From contig OZ037765.1 of the NCBI GenBank assembly GCA_964035545.1, forward strand, positions 15,934,995-15,998,994: a DNA stretch of 64,000 nt, written 5' to 3'. The position numbers and the translations under genes are program-made. Source of the DNA: Bugula neritina. Taxonomy: Eukaryota > Animalia > Bryozoa. Shown in pieces: positions 1 to 13,000 of the stretch (positions within the stretch are counted from its first letter, which is position 1; each line of letters opens with the position of its first letter). The notes under the pieces were generated by a model. It saw nothing but the letters and a program-made list of their open reading frames with translations. It had not been told where the DNA came from and did not search any database.

Positions 1-130
1 TTTAGAACCTGCAATTAACAGAACAAAATTATTTTAGAATAATAACAACTATTCAACAATGCAGGAGTAAGTAATCCGGAAAGGGGATATTTGTTTACCT
101 TGCCGCTGTAGAAGTAAAATTTATATCAAG

Positions 131-1007
131 TGCTATAGAATTTTATCCATGCAGAAAACTGAAATATCCCTTGTACTTGTATGTGAAATATTAGCAGTAG
201 CTATGCTCAAAATTTATTTAAAACATTCTTTGAAAAAAATTCATGTTGAACTGGAACAGCTTTTTTGTGATGAGACTTAGATCCAATCCAAATATTTTTA
301 TTGGTGCAAGCTTTACAAAGAGCCATATTCTAATAAGGCTAATGAATTTTAAAAAACTTCTTAATGGTCAGCAAAATTTCTTGACTGGACTTTGTGACTG
401 CCTTAGATTCTCGAAATAATGGAAGTTGAGTTTTGGCCGGGTTGGCTAAGTTTAAATAATTTGATCTGATTTTCTTTAATTTCCTGTAAAAATAGACACC
501 AATGATTTCTCTCTAATTTTAATTAGCTATATTTTAAAGTCAACTTTAACAAATCTAAATTGTTGAGGTGTCTTCTGTTGTCTTCTTTCCATCAACTGCA
601 TCTTCTAAAAACGCAGCATTGTCTTTTACGGTTCACATAAAGGTGTGTGATATCTGGACAATACTTGCTAGAGTAATAGCTTGAAATCAATTGCTAACTT
701 AGTTCATTGATAGCTGCCTTAGGAGTTCCAAATATGAATAAATGTGGTCTAAATTCTTAATTACTAAACTATATGATTGTTTCTCGTTGGGTGATTTACT
801 GTTGTTGCTAATAAAACCTGCTTATGGGTGATTTTTGTCATTCTAGTAATGGTCATCAAAAAATAACTTGGGATTAAGCTGTTCTAGTTCAACATGAATT
901 TTTTTCAAAGAGTGTTTTAAATAAATTTTGAGCACAGCTACTGCTAATATTTCACATACAAGTACAAGGGATATTTTAGTTTTCTGCATGGATAAAATTC
1001 TATAGCA
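131..1007. mobile_element. Long inverted repeat (~130 bp arms, 131-262 and 877-1007); MITE/foldback-like non-autonomous element
   Basis: tgctatagaattttatccatgcagaaaactgaaatatcccttgtacttgtatgtgaaatattagcagtagc... at 131 is mirrored almost exactly by ...gctactgctaatatttcacatacaagtacaagggatattttagttttctgcatggataaaattctatagca ending at 1007. No TSD recognised. Confidence 0.7.
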
Positions 1008-2620
1008 TGTTTAATTTACTAGCCTTAGAATTATAGCAACTGGAATGCATTTTGTGTAAAATGGTTATTGCAAGCATTATCCAATTCATATTCACATTGT
1101 AATCACAGCAAAACTTAAACTTTATAGCTTTATATTTACAAGCATGAGTGAGTTTTAAATTTTTTTTTAATTTTATATGCATAAAAAATGTGTTTAAAAA
1201 CTTTACCAATAAATGAAACTAAAAACATGTACACATAAAAGAAAAAAAAATAATAAAATAACAAAAGTGGCAAAATTTTCTCTTTATAACTTATATAAAC
1301 TCGCGATACCAATTTTGGCATAATGACTCCTCATGCTCTAAAGTCGCCACTCCGGATATACCACTCTGTTTAAAAGCCACTCGTAAAAATTTTTGTATTG
1401 TGATAACTTAATCAGCCAATTTTGGAATAACATTCAACACTCATTGTAAACATTGTTATTTAATTTTGACTTTGACAATTAGATGACGGACTTATATGTT
1501 AATACTTATATCGCCTACGCCTTCTTAATTATCGCTTTTATGCTGTCAACTTCACTAATTCATGATGTTTCCAAAGGGAATCAAATAGCGATTAGGCTAG
1601 TTAGATTTCACTTTTTGAAAATAAGCTTCCGCATCAATATGATTTCAAGGATTTTCAGTTTGACTATAAAGGGGTACCCGGACAAGCATTATTAACTGAA
1701 ACTCAGAACTTTTTTCAGCAGAGGTATAAACACAACTTTACACATGTGTCAAGTCAGTAGATCTTATTATTTCTTCTAACTGGATATTTTCAGTCAGTAT
1801 AAATGATAATGCAAGATAATGCAAGTATCATAATTAATATGTGAAAAGAGCTACGTAAACTAGTTAGCACTTCTTTATTTTATCTGTTGAAAATTAATCG
1901 TTTCAAAACCTAACCTTGATCAGAACAAATATAGCAGGCTTGAATATTTTCATAGAACCTGTCAAAGGCTCAAAGCTGACCATTTTTATACGACCAAGCA
2001 TATTTAAGTTGAGTTTAACTAGATCTATAAAATATAGTTGTACTAAGAGCCTTCATTATAAATAAAATATTATATATTTATATTAGCTAACAAATTTATA
2101 AAAAAAAATAAAAGCATGTATTCATCTTCACTAATTATTCAAATACTACAGCAATATGTGCGATATTTGCATTCATTCAGGGCCATGCAGCTATGTAGCA
2201 AACTAAATAGGAAGTACCAGTAAAATTAATAGTAAACACCAAGACAGCATTCATCTGATGTCTTCACACACTGACGTCGCATATTCCAGAATAATAATTT
2301 AATACTCAAGTTACATGTGTGAACTCAGAGACCATGAATGTATTCAAGTAATGGTGAATGGAATAGTAAACAGCGTGCACAGGCTATTAAGCAATTGTAA
2401 ACCTCAAGTTTTTTACGAGTTAGGCTTGAGGTTTGGAGCAGATCATATGAAGATAACTCTATTTGTAGGAGATAAAATAATTGTACAAATTTACTAATTT
2501 AAAATGTTGAACAACACCAAACAGAAAGAAGTTTTCAATATTGCAACAGTAAGAGTTTGGGAGTGCACAAAATTCTATGAGAAATCTCGATTATCTGTTG
2601 AATAATATTTTCAAAATCTT

Positions 2621-5600
2621 TTAATCTCTAGTTACCTTTTCTTGAAGCTTGTGGGAGGAGATGTAGTGCATTTCAGTTATAGTAAAGTAGTCCTTGTCTT
2701 TTGAAATATTAGATGCAAGAGCTTCACTAAATTCTTTCCACTTGGCCGATTCTTTATCCAAACTCATAAATGTGGGGCGAAATTTGACAGGTTCTGCTGG
2801 CTCATACAACTCTAATAGTAAAATATTTTGCCAAATGCTTATCTAGTGTTATAATATGACTCTATATGTTATCATACGCCTAAATAGTTTATACTGCTAT
2901 ATATTGCTCCATGTTTATACCTTACACAAAATACAACCGAGTCTACAGAATAACAATCATCTATTCAACTTTGGCTAAAACTATAAAACTATGGTGTAGC
3001 TAAAACCATTACAACAAGAGACAACCAGAAAATTCTTGCAGGATTTTAATTATGGAACAAAGGGAAAATCACAGAGATCACCTATACACTAACCTTCTGA
3101 CTTTTCTACAGTTGAATCAGTAGTTTCAGTTTCTGAACTCTCCATGAACTCCCCACCTACTGCATATGAACTAGTAGCAGGCTGTGTGAGTTTATGTCTA
3201 CTGCCAGCAGAATAACTGCTGACTTTGCGCTGAGTAGGCAGCTGCTGCTGTGGCACATCAACATGACTATCAATTGTCTTAGGTAAAGCTCCAGTTTCCA
3301 AGTAAATCAACAACTCATCAACATTAAAGCTGCTGACACTACAAAATTGATTGCATTCCTTTAGACTTTGGAGTTTAACCAAAATAATTTAGTATAGTAA
3401 CTTCCATTTTATAAAATCTAGAGTTTTTCCGAGTTTCATGTGTTAGATAATTAATATTTAAAAATAAACGCCTTTGAATTCTAGTTTCTGACTAACAGGA
3501 ACTGCTGCACATCAAGTTCTGGGCTTTACTTTATTATGAGTTCATTAGAATGTCACATAATGTGGTCGTCTACTATGTAAAATCACATTTGAGAATTCAT
3601 AAGAAATAACCCTGCTGTTTAAGAAGCTTATCCTATGTCTCAAGCCAGATTAACAATGTAGTCCATGCACTTCAATACAAGGTAACAGTTTGGTGCTAAG
3701 TACAAACTGATTTGACAGCAGGTTAAGACAGGCTAACAACTGATGAGCAAATTATGTGCAAGGCAGTTACCTCGATGGTGACAGTTGAGTTAAAGTGTGC
3801 TGGAAAGTGATAAATCCTATAGGACATATCTGGGGAGGTATTTGACATGGTGTTTCAAGAGACTCATCAGCAAACTGATACGAATAGTACATTCTAGAGA
3901 GGAACATATTTGGAGATTTTATTAGCTGGGAAGTGAGAGTATCAAAACCGAGCTGCGGCTCTCTCTTCATTTCAGATAGATGTTCCATTTGTTCATCTAC
4001 AGTTTTTACTTTTCCCTAAATCAAAAATAAATCTTTTGACCATTACAATAACCTCAAATAATTGTGCTAAAAACTTCACTTAGAGATCTTAGAATGGTGA
4101 CAGACATTTGACGGAGAAAAAGCTAAATAAACATTCACCCTGCATCAAGTAATCTAAATAAGATTTAGCTGCACTTTATTGACAACTGAAATTAACATTA
4201 ACAAACTTCCATACCATAAAATGTTATGCTTTTAATATTGTAATACTAATTTTACCTTCATTAATTTAAAAACAAGAAGGGTTCTTTGAGATTCTCGAAG
4301 AATATTTTCAGATGTTATATCAGAATGTCTGCTAAGCTGAACTCCTAAAAAGAACAATTAAACATTATTATTTACATTACACAGGGTCATAATTATGGCA
4401 AAGCCTAGGCATCACTTTAATACAATTTATATACTTCTTAAATTTTGTGAGTGTAGCCCCATATAATCTCAAATGATCATAGACTGGCTTGTTGATAATC
4501 ACATTAAGGAATACCAGTTGCACAATTGCACAGCCTCTCATCTGTACAATAAGCTTTTTGTAGTCAATAGGCCTGTCAGGCAGCCGAAATAAGCATTGAC
4601 AATATTTTTAACTATCCATTTAACTACTATGCCTACTTTAAAATTAAAAAACCTAGTGAAATATTTTAATATTAGTAAAAATTTGTCTACTGTTATAAAT
4701 TACTACGCATATATAGAACACCAAATCTGTACCAATGCTTATCCTTTTGATTACTAAATGGCAGTCAAAGGTTTCAGCGCTAGTGTAAATTCACTATTAT
4801 TCATCTACACTTGAAGTGGAGAATTTCAACATTGGTTGCAATTTTGAGAGGTTTTAAAAATTACAACACTTAATATGATGGCACCAGTTGCCATATTTTC
4901 GTAGATGTATTTCTTCAAATATCACTCCTGTTTGAAGTACAGTACTTAGTATTATTAAAGTGCATATATTATTGGGAAAATCTGCTAAACAAAATCAACA
5001 TTGGTAGACAAATAAATCTTTTTTGATAAGCCTAAAACACTTGGCATATTATATACCCAAGATTTTCAGTTACTGATATTAAGCTGCCATACTATTTACA
5101 GCTGCTAACATCTTATTGCTTAATTTAACAACACATGCATTGCATACAGGTGAAAAGGTGAACAGGTGAAGATAAATCCCAGGTGGGTCAAAGCTCTGCA
5201 AGAGACGATCCCTCTCTTGTGCTATTGTAATTATTTAAATTATTTTTAAACACACTAACCCAAAACTCATCATTCTAAAAGTTATGTACGGTGAACTTTT
5301 TATTTATTGGTCAGTAATGTTGGTTATGAAATGTATCATGGCAGAAAATTTGCAAAAAGTAAAGAATATGCAAAGCAAAGCTGATGTACTGTCAATACTA
5401 ACCCAATGCTGGATCACACAATGCGGATTCTTTCAAGTTTCCTATCTCAATTCCATTTTTTAGAATGTTAGCAACTTGAACTATAGAGTAGGACTCAACT
5501 TCAAGAAAGCCTAAAGTGTCAGTGGTCATATCATCATTATACCCTTTTTCTTTCCAGTCTTTGCGTAAACGATTATACTACAAATAAGATTGTACAAAAT

Positions 5601-7864
5601 CTATATTTCATGAACAAAAATAATGTAGGAAACAGGAAAAAATATTGTAAGGCATTACAAGAATATTGTAATTTTATGTAGCAAAAAATTTGTAGAGCAA
5701 TTCAATAGGAACGAACCCTCTACAAACTTTGTTCAAGTTGTTGAACTTTCACTGAAGATATCGAGGAAAAATCTGGAAATCTAACTTATTACTAAAGTAG
5801 TGATAGTTTGTTTAGCCACAATGGAAAGATCAAAAAAACTAAATGGATAACTACAGAACAATAAATTGTCCACAGGAAGGACTTTTCGCAGAAATATCAT
5901 TGTCCTTAAAAGTTGTAACCTCAAACTCACTTGATGGGAGTTAAACAGAACTGACAGCATGTTTAATGTATTATAAATATGGTGAATAAATTAGGCCTTT
6001 TATATGCTGAAGGCAATTCAGTAAAATAACACATATACATATACATAAGTAAACAAAAATAATATAATTAAAAACTTGGTTCAGCAGCATAAATTCTAGC
6101 AAGTATTATTTCTGTACCCTGAACTAATGAATGGGGGCTTTTACATCTATACAGAAATGGAAAATACTTTTGGCAGCTGATAGAAGTACATACTTGGTTA
6201 CACATGCTAATACTAAGATGACCACTTGCAAGAGTTACAAGACGCCTTATTAATGCTATCCAAGTTCAGCTAACAGATCTTTAGAGTGACACAAGTTTAA
6301 AGCAGTTATTAGTTGGTTTTAAAGCTCAAGAGCTGCTCTGTTAACTACACCAAGAATAACAAACAAATCTAGTCAAGTAATTTTTGCAAAAAAACCAAAC
6401 AAGTAAAATAAAATGAAATAAATTCTAAGTTGGTCACTACATTATAAGATGATAGCAACTGAGGCAAAACTTTATAATAACAATTCAAAAATCAAGCCAC
6501 CAGAAAATTCTGCTGCGTCAGGAATAAAATAGAAATGGCCAGAGAGATAACAGAAAGAGCGGCAACACAATTTCAATAGTGCTTATTCAAAATTAACAGC
6601 TAATAAAATAACCTGCAATATAAATAATTGAAGCCCTTGATATTTGTCTTGTCATACCAGAAAGGAAACTTTGTGTAATCCTGTGATTAGTCTTTTTACC
6701 TGAGCTTCAATGCTAGGGTTGTATATTTCATAAAGTTTGTTGACAGAGTAGGCCTTAGAAGCAGCACCCAGCGCATATACATGATTGTGGAAATCTCTCT
6801 TCAGCTGGCTATATTCTCTAGACCCTGGTTGCAGCTTTTTAACAACCAATTTGGCCACTACAAAAATATGGTGTCAATGTACAACTGCTGGCTACAGCTG
6901 TTATCCTCCATGAATCGATAACATACAAATAATTGCTAGAAAGAGAAACTAAAATTTACCATTGTTACCTACTTTGCCATTTGTACCCTTATTATTATTA
7001 TTACCTATGCCATTTTCACCTATGCCATTTTTACCTGACACGCCCACATATACACATAAGGTAGCATTCGTAAATAAGGTCACGCTTTCTCTAAGGCTCA
7101 AGTACTCAAAGAGTATCAACAGCCAAACTAATAGTTCACCATTAGCAGCTGGAGTGATGCATAAATGCTGTCAAGTGAATATGCCATTTTAGATTCATCA
7201 AACTGACATGTTTGGATATTGCTTTCCAAATTTCTCTTTTGTCATGGGCATTAAATATTTTCTTGTGATTTACTTGCTTTTTAAGATTATCCTTCAAAAC
7301 CAGCTTATAAACTTCTTTCTTGTATAATGATTTTGGTGTAAATTTCCAGAAAATAGTTTTAAAGGTACATCTTCATATTTTATGTAAAACTGACTATTTA
7401 CCAAAAATATGTATTTACAATCAAAAGCAGCAAGCTCAGTTATTCAAATCCAAAGTTCCATCAATGATACTGAATTTTCGATATGAAATGAAATTAGACA
7501 TATATTCAGGGGATAATAGCATCAGCAAAAACCTTTGACACTCTACAGTCTACAACTTTGTTTACAGCATTGTACATGCCAGTGTTGACAATGAAATTAT
7601 CATCAAACATTTTTTATGTGAGTTACTTTTTAACTGTAAATAAATGTTATGAAATACATGAGAAAAATCTACATGTACAACAGTGAATTAAAAAGGCAGA
7701 AAACCAAAATAAGTATCCAGGATTGAACATATTTCAAATCTAAAACTTTGTTGAAAACTTCAACTACGCAACTGCTATTTAGTAAAAGCAATAAAATATC
7801 ACTTCAAGCAAAATATTACTATATAAGGCATACCTTTTTTCTTTGGAATACTGTAACTTGGCAT
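2621..7864 (-). CDS. TASOR/TEX15-like protein with DUF3715 (pseudo-PARP) domain; at least 8 coding exons, 3' end unresolved
   Basis: Phase-compatible GT-AG exons (minus): 7864-7834 (MPSYSIPKKK; frame open upstream to acceptor at 7897), 7034-6960, 6857-6700 (VVKKLQPGSREYSQLKRDFHNH...YNPSIEAQ), 5577-5403 (YNRLRKDWKEKG...TLGFLEVESYSIVQVANILKNGIEIGNLKESALCDPALG), 4344-4256 (VQLSRHSDI...LLVFKLMK), 4015-3771 (GKVKTV...REPQLGFDTLTS...MYYSYQF...PPQICPIGFITF), 3365-3094, 2811-2636 (or read-through to stop at 2621). Motif order matches recalled vertebrate TASOR: FQIPRK..., PLTPGSREF, YAFLMV, ILGSPSMGVYLSRYAD, VIFKIMKGKIK, RPRHVCPYAVVSF. About 407-411 codons visible. Confidence 0.82.
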
Positions 7865-8559
7865 GCATGATAACATGTTTATATTCCATCTAAAACCCTG
7901 CAAAATTGTCAAAAATTGTAAAAATGAACATTTACTACACAACATCTATTTATAACAAGGTGAAAGAAAAGAGCTAGGAAGCATGCAATATGAAACCCCT
8001 CTCTTTTTTATTAAATATGTACCACAATGGATGTTATAGGAGCACTTTGACTTGAAAGCTTTCTTTAGCTATAACTCACTATGCTAGCTTTTTTGTAGTG
8101 TAAACAGCAGAGAAAGCGTAAGAATTTGGCTGAAAGAAATCAAATATACCACTGTTAATAACTGTCAAACTACAAGCAGAGCCTACTGTCTGTCAGCATC
8201 TGAGGGTAATCAGCAACCAATGTGGTTAAAATGGGGTATTTTAAATCTATTATGTATACATCTGGATTTTTCACAATCTAGAGAAAATTCTTTTTCCTAT
8301 TTCAAAATCATTTCATTTTATAATTTTATCAATATAAGTAGGGCAATGTTTTCAAAAATGAAAATGTTTAGCTTCCTCATATGTAAGCTGTTGAATCATA
8401 GTTTTAAAATATTTTTTTCTGCATTATGTAAAGCCATCTTTGAAATCATTTTCTACTTTTATACTATTTGCCTAGTAGCAACTTTAAAAATCAAAAAGCA
8501 AAAGCCTCTTAAACTTTCTCGTTCTACCATCATGATGTACATTTCTTTTTTCTGATTTC

Positions 8560-9410
8560 AAGTGACTTCTTTGTTTATTCAATTATTTTTGAGTATGTGT
8601 CATTCCACGTAAAATCTCCCACTTCACCTTCTGTCAACATCTCTGCAACCTTGCAATCCAGCCCGTCTCTCTTTATTAACTTTGATTTTCTAGCAGTTAA
8701 TTTTTATCATTATCTCACTATTTGTTTTCTTTTTCTTTTGATTTCCTAATCCTTCACTAAGGGCCTGTGTTATGGTGCTATTGGCTCACCTGGGATCACT
8801 TTGCAATCAATAGCTGGTTTAGGGCGGTCAGGTGTGTGTATAGGTCTTCTCATTTTTGGTAAAAAAGTATTAGCGAGCACTAGATTTCTACTTTGTACTA
8901 TCCACTATCTCTTTGTCATCATTCCCTCTACTTGCTGACTTTCCTTCATGTCATCTCCCAAAGCTTTCTAATCTATTTGTTTCCACATGTCCATTTTACT
9001 CACCTGCTAATTTCAGTTGTTCTGAGGCCAAAAGTTTAACAGTAATTCTTTCCAGCTGAATCCAGAATATCTGTTTCTCTTTTCCCTTCACATCTGTGTT
9101 CGCATAGGCCGTCACCATGTTATGTCTATTCGGGTGTTATCAGTCTCATTTTTATAATTCTATCAGATGCTCTCTCATTCACGAAAGCATATCGCAATTT
9201 CATTTCTTGGTCATTCAATCCCGCTATAGTCTAATTTGTAACCACCGCCGAATGGTTCTTGCTTTTCGTCCTAATTTGTCAGCAGTCCATCATGTTTCCT
9301 GAAGACATATTGCGTTTATCTTCTATCTTTTCGTCTTATCTGCTATCCCTCCGCTTTTCCCGGTTAGAATCCCAATATCAAGGGGTGGCACTCTCAATTG
9401 CGTTTGCTTC
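8560..9410 (-). mobile_element. Decayed RTE-clade LINE fragment (endonuclease region)
   Basis: Minus-strand translation with stops: LDIGILTGKSGGIAD...INAICLQET*W, ERASDRIIKMRL, NLVLANTF, CKVIPGEPIAP*HRPLV, which are RTE AP-endonuclease motifs. Confidence 0.75.
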
Positions 9411-9429
9411 TCACGTTTTCTTTACTTAC

Positions 9430-10030
9430 AATAATACCAATAGTAATAGTTTAATAGTGGTACCATTAGTATTAGCATTGCATTCCCTCTACTACTCTTA
9501 AATTGAGCATGTAAGCATTTGGGCATTAAATAGTAATGCTACTATTCACTATAGGCTATTGTCAATTAGTATTAGTATACATATGTCTATACTATCATTT
9601 GTAGTCCAACTAGAAGTACTAGTACTTACTAATTATACTAACTTTAAGATTGAGAATAAGATATGTTTAAAACTATCATCCTAATATCTAATGATGGTGA
9701 TAGTAAAAGTTATAGCTATACAGTTATACTAATATTAATATTCATAATAACTATAACTGTATAACATTGACTATAACTATAAGGCATAAGTATTATCCCA
9801 AACGTACTCAGTCATAGTATCAGTGTGAGTCTTACTATAGTGATAGTCTACAACTATCAGTACAAGTATTATACTTCGAACTACAATTACCCAATCTTAT
9901 ACTACTGCTGGTACACTTGGATTCTTTACTAAAGTTTTAGAGTTACTGTTAGACTAAAAGTAAAGAACTTCGAGCTAGTATTAGTATAACTATTAGATTC
10001 ACTATTATCTATAACTATAAGTATAACTTT
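9430..10030. repeat. Degenerate low-complexity (TAGTAT/ACTATT-like) tract
   Basis: Dense tagtat/attact/ataact hexamer variants; similar tracts at ~14900-15000, 17060-17320 and 54760-55200. Confidence 0.6.
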
Positions 10031-10066
10031 TCACATTTCTTCATCATGATCGGGTGACAGGAACTG

Positions 10067-13000
10067 TCTCCTCTTGCTCTTGCGTGATTGATGGGGTGCA
10101 CAGCTCTATAATATTCACATCAACATAGATATAGTGTGGGTGTGGAGCCTTAAGACTGATATTCTGCAATGTCTGTCGTGACTAGCTTGTTCAACATGTC
10201 AGTTTTGTCATTAGCCTATATGATGAAACAGTGACATCACCATAAATGCTCAGCAGACTTGCTAGCTCAAAGTTGATTCCTGAAAGCTTATCGGTGGCAG
10301 CTAAACTGGCAGCATCAGCTTTGGTGAGTATGTCAGTTATATCCGCTACTTTAACATTCACAAGGTTCACAAATGTCTGATTGGTTGTTTTAGCATGCTC
10401 AGCTATTGAATATGCAGTGTAATTTAGATTGTTGAGATGAGAAATCATGGAGTCAGTATGCAACTCCATCTCTGCCTGGCATTTTTTTTGGTAGCCTTTC
10501 TTTCTAGCTTCAGGCCGTTTTGGATGTCAACCACAGCTTGACTTTCAACACCATACTCATCAAGGTGCTGCTGAACTTCCTTTTTAGTTGTTTTCACAGC
10601 TTTTTCACTCTTCATAACAAAATGTTTCACCACTTTTGGAAACGCCTGAGTCATACTGTTGACAGAATCCTAGCAGCTGTTGATGTAAGTCACTAGCTTG
10701 CTATCTACAGCCAGTGTGTTCTCATACATGGTAGCAGATAACTGGCTTCTCTTTTCTGATAATGCCATGACCTTTTTGTCAATGGTTTTGTTTGACAATA
10801 GGTACCTTCTGTTTGTGTTTTGTACTACTTCAATTGGAGCATCTGTGACGTCAAATTATTGAACTCCCAACAAAGGAAGAGCTTTTTTTCAGCCATCACC
10901 AGTTAATCTTGCAGCAGCTTCTCTACTTGACAAACTAAACTATCACTGTTGCTCTACAGGCCCTCAATAACATCATTTATGTTATCCTATCTTTGAGTCA
11001 ACTGTTCCTGAAGATTGACTATAATATTCCCGGAAAATTTTTTTTGCAGTTGCTTCAGTTTATCCTGAAAAAATTTAGTTGTGTTTTAAATATGTGCTGC
11101 TGAAAAGAAAGTGGCTGATTACAGCTTCAAAATTTTCTTAATTAGCCTTACCAACTCTGCCATTACCAAAACTTTTAAAGAGTGTAGATTAAATGTTTGT
11201 AATAATAAAATCCGTTTGGGGGAAGTGTTAATCTCACCCAAGATTAATGTTGATGCAATAGAAAGTTGATGCTGTTTATCACAGAGGTCACGGACAAACT
11301 CCATCATCTGCTTAGTTTTTTCTGCGAAAGAACTGTAATACTTTGACAAAATCAAGAAATTAGATCTCTCCATTTCCTTTCTGCAATCAGATGCAGAGTG
11401 TAACTTGTTGATGTGATCTATGGTGACGCCAACCGTCTGCAGCAGCGATGCTCCCTGGTGATTAAGCTCTTTTTTATATTTACGCTGTGTAGTTCCAACA
11501 ATTGGCTTTGTTCATCTACCTCCTGGTAAGCCTTTGCTAATTTGCTCTTAATTTGGTCAAGAGTATTTTCAGTCACCTCTAGTTGCATGGAGGTCTTCTC
11601 TAAATCGGTTTGAGTGGCTTTGAAAATGTCGATATATGCATCTATCAACTCTACATGGTCTTTGCTTAGGGAACGCAAATATTTGTCTTGTGTCTTAAAT
11701 AAGTCATCCAAAAAGGCCAGCTGATGTATTTCCCTATAATGTTCCTCACCGAGAAACATGTCACTTTTTTTCTAGCCGACTGCAAATTTTTCTTCAGTCT
11801 CTCGATCTCCCCATTGTATTCTTTATTCAGGTTTTGTGTCAATATTTGATTATTCTCGGGGTTATTCTGGGTATTTTTTGCCCTGTGGGCATATTCAAGA
11901 GTCCTCAATGTCTCTTCAAAATAACTGTTGGCTGGCAATGTTGTGGCAATGATTTATGTCTTTGTTTTGCCCCCTCAAGAGTCCTGGAGAATACGAGTCA
12001 ATTTACTTTCTTTCCCTATACGGGATGTGAGGCTTCCTGGCCACTAAAGCCGTAATTACTCGTCCCAAAGTCAGTAAGGACTGGTTGATATTGTCCGCTT
12101 CTCTGGCACTCCTGTCAACAGCACCAGAGCAGCCAATATTCTCACTACCAGCCAAATCAACCAAGTTCAATTTGCTTGTTTTCACCAGCTCCTCGCCATC
12201 TACAGAGCTTTCCTTCAGATTTATTGTGACCGTAAACACTGTATGGGAGCAGCTGGATGTGACATTGAGTATGGTAGACACAGTGTCTCCTCTGGGACCC
12301 TCTCTTGATGTTACATACTTTATGTTTGTTTCTCACAACCACTAATTCTAGGTCTTGCATGATCACAGAGCCCTTTCTAGAAGCATCCTCATTTTTGTAT
12401 CACGCTCAGTGGCGATGAGATAAAACATCTTCTTGTTGTACAGTCCAAGATACGACACCCACATACTGAACTCACAGTCCATTGACTCTAACGTTTCAAA
12501 TAATGAGCTGAAGATCATGGTACAATGCCAGCGATTGGGTCATCTTCCCAACGGAGGTGTTCAGCGGATTGTTCACCCTCCATAGTAAAAGTTTTCCCAG
12601 TACCAGTTTGCCTGTAAACTGATATAGTACAGTTGTAGCCAGCTATGACCTCATCGATTGCAGGTTTGACAACGGCATTATAAACATCAACTTGCTTGCT
12701 TCTTGTACCAAATACTTTATCAAAAGTATATGTCTTTTAAGATTATCCATTTTGGGGCCTTTTACGTACCATAACAGTCCTGTTTTCTGAATCTGTCTCA
12801 ATGACAGAGTAGCACCTCTCCACTTTTTCAGTATCATTCATTGGACGGCAGCAAACAGTTACATATATGTTCTGGTTAGAAGCTGTTTCTTTTGTTGGTG
12901 GCATGATGATGGTGACAGTGATAATGAAAAACACATAAGCAGTTTCACCTTGATTTGCTGCTATAAATTTGCCTGTGTGCCACAAGAACTTGTAGCCTTC

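Noticed and set aside
1915-2020. Possible further exon of the TASOR-like gene (..PAIFVLIK|gttagg)
   Set aside because: Resembles LLVFKLMK only weakly, and I could not link it to exon 2636 with compatible phase and acceptor.
6962-7192. Plus-strand Pro/Leu-rich ORF
   Set aside because: Antisense shadow of the Gly/Asn-rich minus-strand exon.
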